64,000 nt of DNA, taken from the NCBI RefSeq assembly GCF_036321535.1, contig NC_087436.1:118670001-118734000 (forward strand), in the 5' to 3' direction. A program made the translations under genes and the position numbers. Below are positions 12,500 to 23,523 of this stretch, one piece after another. Numbering within the stretch: position 1 is the stretch's first letter; each line of letters opens with the position of its first letter. Source of the stretch: Camelus dromedarius (taxonomy: Eukaryota). A model generated the notes under the pieces. The model saw nothing but the letters and a program-made list of their open reading frames with translations, ran no database searches and was not told where the DNA came from.

Positions 12500-13745
12500 T
12501 TGGAGGGAGATGAAAAGTAAATAAATGGAATAACTAGCTAGTACGCAAGGGGAAGTTCCTCTTGGTGGAAGTATTCCAGCTAGTAACTGAAGAAGAAAGG
12601 ATAGACTATCTCTCATCTGTAACCATGAGTGAATTCACGAGTCTCGGCACTCAGCATCAGCAGATGCCAACATCACAAAAGGAGAATCAGCCAGACACGT
12701 GCCTCCTGATGGAAGAACAAAACGCCAACCTTAAAAGAGTCCAGAAGAAAGCCAGCTGAGCCTGGATCATATCACCACTGCAGGTCCAAGAGCCAATTCA
12801 AGGTTACATGAGGGACAGAGCAACATGGAAAACAACACCTCAGGACGCACTGGTGAGAGCCTGCATCGGGAACTGCAGTGACCTGCAGTGACAAGTGACC
12901 TGCTTTCTTCAACAGAATATTCCAGGAAAATAAAAAGAGTGGGAGGGGGAACTTATAGGTGAAAAGAATTAAAAAGCATACCACAGGTGTCCACTGATGG
13001 ATGGATAGGTAAACAAAATGTGGTCCATGCATATAATGGAACATGACTCAGCCTTGAAAAGGAATGCAATTCTGACACCTGCTACAACGGGCGTGAACCT
13101 TGAGGACGGTACGCTGAGTGAGCTAAGCCAGTCATAACAGCACAAACATCGTACAATGCTGCTGACGTGAGGTACTTGGAGGAGTCAGATTCGCAGACAG
13201 AAGATGGAACGGTGGTCGCCAGGGGCTGCGGGCAGGGAGTTGCTTAACGGGGATGAGGTTTCAGTTTGTGAAGGTGAAGAAGTCTGGAGATAGATGGTGG
13301 TGATGGCTGCATAACAACATGAATGTACGTACTGGTTAAAATGGTGAATTTTATTATCTTTTACCACCAAAAAAGACACACCAGCCAGTCACACTGGAAA
13401 GACCTTATTTAGATCCTGATTCAAACCAACTGCAAAAAACTGTAACTATAAATGTATAAGATAATTAGAAACTTGCACATTGATTGGCTATTGGATGAAA
13501 TTAAGGAACCATTTACTTGAGGTACGATGACATTATGATAGTTTAAAAAATATTGATGAATTAAGTGATAAGTTGTCTAGTACTGCAAAATAAGACGTGT
13601 CATGGGATGTGGGTGGTGCACAGGTAAAACAAGATTGTTCTCGAACTGGCAATTTTTGCAGCTTAGTGACATTTACGTGGGGTTCCTTTGATGAGTCTGC
13701 CTACTTTGGTAACGATTTGAATTCTTTTGGAGTAAAATGTTTTCC
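12500..13745 (+). mobile_element. L1MC/ME-type 3' region with a nested L1MB-like 3' end (~12985-13375)
   Basis: Inner piece 'gtgtccactgatggatggataggtaaacaaaatgtggtcc...tcagccttgaaaaggaatgcaattctgacacctgctacaac...aaatggtgaatttta' is a typical L1 3' end. Confidence 0.75.
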
Positions 13746-14289
13746 AGAGTGAGGTTAAATCTCAGTCCTGTCTTACTAGCTGGGTTCTCTTGGGCAGCCT
13801 GCTTCATCTCTTTCTCCTGCATTCCTTCTTCAAGTAATTTTCCACTCAAGATGCCACCTGTTCTGCGCAGCATGGCATAGGTAAGCGCACCCCTCCTCAT
13901 TTCCTGCCCCCGTCTCCCCCTCTTCTTCCTCTTCCTCAATCATGACTTGGAATTGCACCACATATGAACCTGTGTAGAGCCCTTCTCTCCCCTCTGACTT
14001 GTCCATAGCTGTGTGTCCTGCACCAAGAAGGATGCCTGGCACATAGAAGATGATCAGTAAGTATTGCTCAAATGAGTGAAGGCGTGAACCATCTACCTAT
14101 TAAGTAACAGCTGCCCCTCCAGGCTCATGGGTGAGATGAAGCCCTCAGCCCAAGGTCCAGCCTGGAAGAGATGCTAACTGAGCACTATTTCCCTTTTCTT
14201 CTCTCCATCTTAAAAGTGGTGCAGGCTTTCCTTGCACTTTATCTTCCTGAACTCACACCTCCTGGCTGAAAGACTCCGTGTGTGTGCGT

Positions 14290-14835
14290 GTTAAGAAAAA
14301 ACACAATATAAAATTTACCATCTTAACCATTTATAGATACGTGTATCACTGTGCAACAGATCTCTAGAACTTTTTCATCCTGCAAAACTGAAACTCTGTA
14401 CCCAGTGAACAACCATTCCCCACCTCCACCCCTGGCAAGCACCGTCTACTTCCTGTCTCTAGGAATTTGTCCCTCCTAGGTGCCTCTGATAAGTGGTGCA
14501 TAAGTCATGCGGTATTTGTGCTTTTCTGATCGGCTCATTTCACTTAGCATAATGCCCTCAAGAGTCATCCGCATTGTAGCAGCATCAGAATGTCCTTCCT
14601 TTTAAGGCTGAACAATAGTCCACTGTATAGACAAATGGCACTTTTCTTTATCCGTTCATCCGTTGACGGGCACCTGGGTTACTTCCACATCTTGGCTACT
14701 GTGGCTAAGTCTGCCGTGAGCACCGGTGTGCAGATATATCTCTGAGATCATGATTTCAGTTCTTTTGGATGAATACCCAGCAGTGGGATTGCTGGATCAT
14801 ATGATGGTTCTACTTTTAACTTTTTGAGGAAACTG
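14290..14835 (-). mobile_element. LINE-1 3' end (L1MA/MB-like)
   Basis: 'aaaatttaccatcttaaccattt...catttcacttagcataatg...cagtgggattgctggatcatatg...tttttgaggaaact'. Confidence 0.85.
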
Positions 14836-15559
14836 ACTGTCCTTTGAGAGTCCCTCCAGAGTTCTGCGTCTTTGGGACTGTGACATGGACCAAACACTTG
14901 ACCTTAAGTACAACAGCATGGGGGGGGGCAACTTGCAACCCCCCAGTGAGAAATGTGATGCTAGGAGAGGCTGATGATTTAAGGAGCTCAGAAGAAAGGG
15001 GAGGCGTTGACTTAGTAAGAAATGGAATTAACCTGATCGAACCACTTGGCAGAAGCCTTGGGGTTCAAACAAGAGCAGTCTACACCTTGGATGACAGCAG
15101 ACGCAGAAGGCTCTCTTCACCTAAAAGGGCCAGGCTCCGGAAAGCACTGGTGGTGAAAGACTTTGAGGTTTCACAGGAGAAAAAAAGGTCAGGAGAAGAG
15201 AGGCTGTGAATGAACCTATGAAGATGCACATACAGATTTCTGTAAGTGATCAAGAGAATGGTAAAGAAAATGTATGAGACGCAGAAACCATTGGCGAAAG
15301 GTCGGAGGGATGGATAAAACCTCCCCTCGTTCAACGGAAACTTTTCAGGTTCTTTCTTCATTAAATTTTCATCAAGATGCCAATGAATTTGCTCTGTTTT
15401 GTTCCTAACAGCACGAACAGTGAGGTCATGCTTAGGGTCTTTAATACCAAATCCAAATGCTCAATGCCCTCCTGATTTTATAACTGAACAGTTGATGCTA
15501 CCTGAGGTCGAGGCCAAGCCCACAATCATTTTCCACTTGGTTTTTAGCAGAAGGACACT

Positions 15560-15973
15560 AATTTGGTTTGGGGTACCATGTATCCAATTAATAGACTATA
15601 CCCTCAGTTTCCTTTACAGCTAAGTGTGGTGGTATGACTACATTCTGGACTTTGGAAAATATTAGTGGAAAGTGCTTAAAGTGTTCCTTAGGGAGTCACT
15701 TCTGCCATCACCCCACCAAGTCCATCCTGGAACCTGGACTTGATGGCTGACACTACAGCAGCCATTTTGGACCATGAGGTGACTTTGAGAATGGAAGTTT
15801 TTAGTTGAGATGTTAGAGAATAAAGGAGGAGCCTGATGCCCATGGACACCCCCCCCCCCCCATAAGACCCCTGGATGCTCACTGCTGAGGTATGTAAGAA
15901 GCTTCTATTGCATTTAAGCCATCATTACTTTGGACTTCGTTATATGCAGCCAAATCCATTTTCAACTGAAACA
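15560..15973 (+). mobile_element. MaLR (MLT1-type) LTR remnant
   Basis: 'cagccattttggaccatgaggtgac...catttaagccatcattactttggac...gcagccaaatccattttcaactgaaaca'. Confidence 0.65.
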
Positions 15974-17758
15974 CCCTCCCCCACATGTTAGGGCCCATCC
16001 TGGTCTCAGGGTCACAGGGGAAATTGGACACTTGAGATGGAAAAAGTCTGAGATGCTTTTATATCAACTACCCTGACTTTTTTCTTACCATTCTCCCAGT
16101 CTTCAGGGCTTACAGCCCACGCTCTGCCCTTGATAACTTCCTGTCAAATCAAGTCATCAGCCTTTCTTAACTCCTCCTGCCCCTCCCTCCTCTCAGAGGC
16201 AGGAAGGAGGGCCTTTCTCTGGCCTCCAGAAGCTTCCATGTAGTGAATGATACCATTCATTCCATCCCCTTATTTCTGATGCTGGTCCCTGAGGCTCTCC
16301 CTTCCTGAAAACCCCAGCTCACTCATTTTCTCATTATTCCTAAGAAGAGTGCCTCGTGGTTTGCACTGACTGAGAAGTAAGACTGCACGTGCTAAGGGTC
16401 ATCACTGGGGAGGAACTGTGATATTTCCTTTCCCTGTTGTATTCAGTGCATACCTATAAATTATGCTTCTATCACACAGGCCTGTGCCCCATGGAAAGCT
16501 TTCCCCTGCATTTCAGCCCATGGAAATAGTCCCATACAGGGTGGGAATCAGGAGTCCCAGGCTTCATGCCTAGCTCTACCCCTGACTTCCTGTGTGTTGA
16601 AGGGAGCCACTCTCCCCTTCTCTGAGCCTTGGTACTCTCATCTCTAAAGTGAGGGCACTCTAAGGCATTAATTCATTTTATCCCTCTGCCCCCAAATCTG
16701 CCAGTTGAAAATATTCCCTGTACTATTGATCATCTTTTTCACAAAATACAAATAACTCTAGAAACTATCAGTCATTCACCATATAGTATGAGATAGTTAA
16801 ACCAGATCACTTTCCTAATATTAACACAGTAAAGCCACCTGCACTGCATGACTGCGATGGAATGACTGTTCCGACGGAAGAAGGATTATGGTCATGAAGG
16901 AAGGAAAATTGTGGTCCATGAGAAGCTGAGGCTCAGAGAGGATTTGTCACCTTAGGTCCCATAGCTAGTTGGTGACAAATCTAGTACTGGCATTCTAGTC
17001 TGTCTCATTCCAAGTCGCTGTCCACTATCCTGCAAACCAACACTTGGAGGAAACTTTCATTATACAAGAAATACAAATCGGAAGCTGAGAAAAGATGTCA
17101 CCTTAACTATAAGGTGAAATTTATGGTCCTTATAATAATGGCACAGATAAAGCAGCTGTATTAAATGGCGCAAGACAGATGGTACGTAATAAACACCCAT
17201 CCTTCTGAGGGAAACATTTCAAAGACGAAGAGCGAGTCTGAAGTTTCCCTTCCCTCCCACCCTCCCACCTCCGCCTCCTTCTCCATCCCTGCCCGTGACA
17301 TCTTCATTCTCTGACCCACCTTCCTTCCACTCCAGACCCCCAGCAATGCCTGGGACTCCTTCATGGAAGGAGCAAGCTGATGCAAAAGTGTCCAGACGCA
17401 GGAGGAGCGGGGGTGGGGAGGGGAGCTGGTTAGAATCCAGCTCCCCCGGCTGCTCTTCTCTCAGTCACTGCCCGACCCCCACAGCAAAAGGGAAAAGGAG
17501 GCTCACATTTCCTTATCCAGCAGGAGCTGCACTAAAGACAACCAGATACAGTAAAACAGGTGCTTGGAGCATCATTAAAAGAAATTGAACAATAAATTTA
17601 TGCATTCATTCAAAGAACATTTATTAAGCCTCTAGTAGGTACCAGGCACATTCTAGGCACTGGGGATGCGACCATGAAAAACCCACTGTTGGAGGGTAAG
17701 AAGTGGTCAGATCCTGAATATATTCTGAAGGTAGAGCTGGCACGGTTTGCTAACCTGG

Positions 17759-17837
17759 CACACACACACACACAGATACAGACACACACACACACAGATA
17801 CAGACACACACACACACACACACACACACAGATACAG

Positions 17838-17866
<29 letters not shown>
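17759..17866 (+). repeat. Interrupted (CA)n microsatellite
   Basis: CA runs interrupted three times by 'gatacaga'. Confidence 0.95.
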
Positions 17867-17868
<2 letters not shown>

Positions 17869-18874
17869 AGTACGGAGAAGGAGGAGGAGAAAAGAGAACA
17901 GAAGTTAAGCTCACTTTGCAGCTTTCTTTGCCCTACTGAATTCCTGCACAAAGCCACAGAAAACCAGTGAAATCCCACCTCAGCATCCTGAAAAGGCTGG
18001 CAACGGGCCCAGGCCCTTCTGCGGGCAGAGGGCCGAGGAGCACCAAACAGAGAAGGACTGGCTGGAATCCGTACAGGAGGCAGCTGGCCGTGGGGTCCCT
18101 GCCCCCAGGCTGCTCAGCCAGGCCACCACCTCCCCGATCCCAGCAACTGCTGGGAGGCCCCAGACCTGGGACTTCAGGAAGCCATCCCTTCTCACTCCAC
18201 TTCCCTTCCTTAAGGGCACTTTGGGGAAAATATTCCAAACTTCCTGAAGAAAAAAATACGACCTGGCTCCTTTGAGGACTGACTTAATCCAGTCATTCTT
18301 TTCCTGGATGTCTGGGTTCAGATGTGTTTGGAAAAGTCAGAAGGGAAGCCAAGCGTTTCAGAGAGGCAGTGCGGGAAGAAAGGAGACGGTCAGAGGAGAC
18401 ACAAAATGAGCAGGCCCTCCAGCTGGGTGCTTTTACCGTAAGGATGACTGTTTTATGCACCACGGCCCTTGGCCCCTTCCTCCACTAAAGGCGTGTGAAT
18501 TTTCCGTCGTGAATTCTGGCCTTGCTTGGAAATATTTTGTACCAATATAAAGATACTCAAGGAAGGGCAAAGGAGGGCAGTAGAGGGAGCGGAAAGCTAC
18601 TGCATGCCTCTCTCGGAAGGGCACCCTTTGCAAGTGTGGTCACTTCCCATCTTGGCTGCTGTCCCACGTGGAGCACGCTCAGGCCCCGCGATGAGGGTGT
18701 CACAGGCGGGATTGGTCCGACCAGTCTCCCTCCTCTTACCGCATGACCTTGTAACACAGGGGAGCGGCCGGAGGAGGGCGCCTCCCCCCCGCACTGATGG
18801 TCACCCTGCTCACGTGACTGATTTTGGCCGTGGAATTTTGACTGTTCTGGGTCCAGGCATTAAGAGACATCGCA

Positions 18875-19326
18875 GAGTACTACTCAGGCATAAAAAATAA
18901 TGAAATTATGTCATTTGCAGCAACACAGATGGACCTAGAGATGATCATACTAAGTAAAGTCAGACAAAGAGACAAATATGGTATCACTTCTATGTGGAAT
19001 CTAAAAAGTGAGACAAATGAACTTATTTACAAAGCAGAAACAGACTCACAGACATACAAAACTAATTTATAGTTACCAAAGGGGAAGGAGAGGTGGAGCG
19101 ATAAATTGGGAGTTTGAGATTTGCAGATACAAACTGTTATATATAAAACAGATAAACAATGAGGTCCTACTGTATAGCACAGAGAACTATGTTCAATATC
19201 TTGTAATAACCTATAATGAAAAAGAATCTACATATCTATAACTGAATCACCGTGTTGTACACCAGAAACTAACACAACATTGTAAATCAACTACATGTCA
19301 ATTAAAAAAAAAACACTGAAAAAAAA
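18875..19326 (+). mobile_element. 5'-truncated, relatively young LINE-1 3' end with poly(A) tail and TSD
   Basis: 'tttgcagcaacacagatggacctagag...ctactgtatagcacagagaactat...cattgtaaatcaactac' then A-tail; TSD aagagacatcgca (18862-18874) / aagaggcatcaca (19327-19339). Confidence 0.9.
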
Positions 19327-20376
19327 AAGAGGCATCACATGCTCTGTCCACCAGAGGACCAGGTCTACTTGGTCTGAGAATGAACTCCAAGAATTCCAAA
19401 GAGAACGTGGTGACGGCTGGGACAGGCCTGAACCCAATCCTCAGTCTAAAGCAGGGCCTCCCTGCTGAGCCCAGCCTGGCCAGCGAACTGCCGTCTACCT
19501 CAGATCTGAGAGTGTGAGAATGGATGTTTGGGCTGGTTTGTTATGTGGTGATTTTTAAAGCTACAGCTGATTAACTCAGAGAGGTTAAGTGACTTGCCCA
19601 GAGACACACAGCCACTAAGCAGCAGCCCTGTGGCTTCCTTGCCTAGTGCTCCTCCTCTCCCCTCAGCCTGGGGCTGGGATACAGCAGCAGTGCATTCCCA
19701 GGACAGGACCTGGACGCACAGCTCAGATTATTTGGGGGGAAAAGGCAGAAGGCCACGGCCTTGGTGGAAACCAGTATCTTAATCACACTGGTGAGCAGAA
19801 ACAACCACTCTGCCCAGGGATGCTCCCAGGCCAGGCTCGGGGACAGCTCGGGCTCCTGGGTTAGGCTCAAAGGTGCATGGGGGTGGGACATGGCCCTCCA
19901 GCACTTCACAAGTTGGAGGGCCAGACTGGGAAGACCTCGGGGGCTCCCCGACTCCTCCAAATCACAAAAAGATGCCCATGCCAGGTGGTTGTAGCCTGCA
20001 GACTGGTGTGAACCTGTAAGAGGCACCACCTTCTCCAGACAGGCACAGTCTCTTGGCAAGGAGAAAGCAGGAGGATTTCCACCATACACTTTGTTCAGTA
20101 CACAACATGAACAACCAGACCAGCAGCCCTGGGAGAGTGGGGAGGTTGACAGTTTAGCTCCTGCTGTTTGGCCATGGATCCCACTCCCTCCACCCCCACC
20201 CCCAGCAGGTGTGCTCTGATTCCGCTCTTCTGATCTAGCTCAGGACAGCGCCAGCACACAGTAGGCCTGAAGTAGTTGGTGTTTATTTGATGAATAAGCC
20301 GTTAGTAGCAATAGGAAGTTGTCTACTAGAGGCCACGGGGACTTAATCCTTTAGCTTCTGCCTTCAGTCCTCCCCT

Positions 20377-20426
20377 CGTGTGCGTGTGCGTGTGTGTGTG
20401 TGTGCGCGTGTGTGTGTGTGTGTGTG
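20377..20426 (+). repeat. (TG)n/(CG) alternating purine-pyrimidine microsatellite
   Basis: 50 bp of uninterrupted RY alternation. Confidence 0.95.
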
Positions 20427-22815
20427 GTAGGGGATACTGATTCTGGGGTCTGGTCCAGTGTGATGCAAACACCAGGATGCCCCAATCCTAGCGATAGGGA
20501 TGGAGGAAGTGACTGCAGCAGCTGGAGGCAGTGAGAGCCAAGCCCCGCCCCCTCAACTCCCCTCCCCCTCCAGCCTCACACCTGCTTCCTGTTGCTAAAT
20601 TACTCTCAGCCACCGACCGACAGAGCTGCTAGTCTTGGAGCTGAGCCCTGGAGGGCTTGCGGGCCCTAGGGAGCGTTTGGCTGAGATTTATAGCAAAGGG
20701 GAGAATTGATGTGCCTGCGTCAGGGAGGGATGCAGCATGGTGGGACTGGGAGGGAGAGCAGGGAGGGGAGGGGATGCGCTTGGGAGGGGGACTAGCTCTT
20801 GGCAGTAATCCATGTGAGGAGCCTCCCGGAGCTGGGCAGTGCAGCAGGCGAAAGGCTTAGGAGCAAGGCTGGCCTGTGCTGGTTCTGACAGCTTTGCGCC
20901 AAGAAAACTTACGGCAAAGCCAGGGCCTCAATATGCTTTTCCTTCTGTAAAGAGCGAGTGATAGCACTGAGCCCAAGGAGCCTGGACAAAGACACTCTCA
21001 AACCCGGGGAGAGGCTTTCCGGGAAGAGGGGGACCGTGGAGTAGGACCAAAGGCCCTGGAGGGGATGGTAGGGGCTCGAGCTGGGCGGGGAGGGTCGGGG
21101 ACTTCGCTCCTGTGGCTGTGAGTGCTCAGCTCATGAAGAAAATCTCTCTGCAGGCTCCTTACGGTCCTGGACGAACTGGGCGGCATCAGCACACACAGAC
21201 CCCGAGCAGCACCGTCACGTTCTCCTAACCTCTCTCACACCCGCCTCCTCAGCGAGCCTCTTCCATCCCAAGCGCCCAAGCACAGGCTCCATCTGCACCA
21301 CCAGCGACCCGCGCCCTCGCCTTAACACCTCCACTCGCCCATTCCTGTTCATTTCAGTTTTTAAAACAACAGCAGCGTTCCCACAGAGCTCTCCGTGTCC
21401 CCGGGCCTCTTTCTAGTGCTTCACTCACTCACTCACGCCTCACAGTCACCCTAAGCCACAGGCATCCGCATTGTACAGATCAGAAAACTGAGGCACAGAG
21501 GGGTGAGGTGAGCCATAGTCCAAACCCAGGCAGGGCGTGTGTGCTCAGCTCCCGGGCCACCTGCCTGCCAGCATTAGGGGGGAGGAAGAGGGGACATGCA
21601 CCTGGGCTGGGAGGGCCGTGGGCAGGCGCTTGTCCCGGCGACGTTATGATACTGTTACTGCCATTTTTACAGGAGGAAACCAAACTGTCAGGGGCCTTGG
21701 CTCAAGGCCCACAGGTGGAGAGTGATGGAGCTGGGATGTGAAGGCAGGTCTCTGTGTTCAAGGCCCACAGTCCATCCACGTAGGTACCGGCTGCCACATG
21801 GGGCCGTCTACCCACGCTCCTGTCCCCTGGCCCCTGCCAGCCCCGCTCCAGCTTCCTCTGCCCCAGCCGGGCTTCCACCCCAGGAGGAGACCAGAGCTGG
21901 GGCGTGCGTGGCATGGAGCTTAGCTCAGAGCCCTAAGTCCTTTCCTGACCGGCCTCCACCCAGACCACCACCCCCACTCTCAGGACGCCCTTCATGACTC
22001 AGCCCCAATGCCACCTTCTCTGCTCCCCACTGGCCTCCATATTCCTCAGAGCCTTATCAGCGGTGCGTCCCTGGTGGCTAGATCCCAGCTTCCCTACATG
22101 GCAGTCACTCAGGTCCATGCATCACCCTCCTGCCCAAGAGGTCAGTGCCTGCGGGATGGAAACACAGATGGTCCCTCGCTGGGGTCAGGAAGGGAGTGCC
22201 TGTTCACTGACTCCCTCGTCCCAACTCTGATGTATCCGCTCCTTCTGCGAGCAGGGCCCCATCTGTCTAGTTCATCACCTCAAACCAGGCCAGCCCACGG
22301 CAGGGGCCCAAAAAGTAAACACTGAGCTGAATCAGCACATCTTAGGGAGCAAGATGGCAGGGACCCCCCCCCAAGCATCGCAAGGGGGAGTGAAATCCGG
22401 ACAACCTCAAAGGGGGAGGGGTGTGGGGGTGGGCAGGGCTCTCAGAGTGACAAAGGCTTCCCTACCCTGACCCAGCGATCCCTCTTCTAGGCATCTGCCC
22501 ACAGGCGAAGTCACACATGGGGGACGAGATGTCTGTACAAGCATCTTCAGACAGCACTGGTTCTAACAGCAAATGATCAGAAACAACACAGACCGTTCAT
22601 TGAAAGGGGGCTGGTAAAATCCACACAGTGGGAAACAGTGCAATGTTTACAAACTGAATGAAAAATTCATGTTCTGATGGGAACTGATCACGGAGATGCA
22701 TGGACTGTAAAAAGCAGAGCACAGGGCAGAGAGTGGCACGCCTCCGCCTGGGTGAAGGAGGGGTGTGTGGGAGCCGGTGGGTGAGGGCTCGGCATATACA
22801 GGGCGCCCCTGGAAG

Positions 22816-23523
22816 TGAAATGGAGCAGGACCCTGCAGGGCCTTCCCAGGACAGACTCCCCCCTCCCACGTCCTCCGCTGGACTCCTGCTGTAGAAAAAC
22901 TTCAAAGTATAAGTTTAATTAGAGAAATAAGGAAATATCGAAACAAAGGAAAATAGTCAAGCAAAACAAAATAATAGTTTAGTCATTAAACAAAGTCGAG
23001 GACCTTTAGCTCCCCGTCAAGGGCTATAGGTCACGCCCTGAGCCTTCTCCTCTGAGCCGTCGTGTTGGGCCTGAAACCCCCACCAGGCGGAAGAAAGTAA
23101 CTACAAGATGACCAGACTGTAGCCATGACAGACGCTGCCACAATTCCAAGAACTAGCCTCCAGGAAATGGGAACAAACCGACCCTGGAGCTGGGCTTAAA
23201 ATGAACAAGATGACGCTGATCAGACCCCCGCACGGCTCACTTCAAGACGACCGTCAGAGCCGACCGCGCAGTTCTGCACGTGGCCCCCTCCCTCCGCCTG
23301 TGCCCCCTGAGACTCCCCTTTAAGAGCTCTTGCCCACTGACTGGCAGAGGGGGGAGCTGGCCCGTGGACAGGAGTCGGCTCCCCACCCCCTCCTCTGGAT
23401 GCGGACATCTGGAATAAAGCAAACTCTCCTTTTTACCAACACCCACCTCTCTTTGCGTTGGCTTTCCAGCGGTGAGGAGCCTAAGAAACCTGGGGTCACG
23501 TTCGTCTCTGGGGACGGGAACCG
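22816..23523 (+). mobile_element. Solo ERV LTR (ERV1-like), ~700 bp
   Basis: Starts 'TGAAATGGAGCAGGACCC'; TATA-like 'tttaagagc' ~23319; AATAAA ~23413 followed by U5-like 'ttggctttccagcggtgag'; 3' boundary uncertain (possible GGAAG duplication at 22811 and 23524). Confidence 0.75.

Noticed and set aside
14844..15209. 121-aa ORF with a basic, NLS-like stretch
   Set aside because: No recognisable homology, non-ATG start, no splice or poly(A) support
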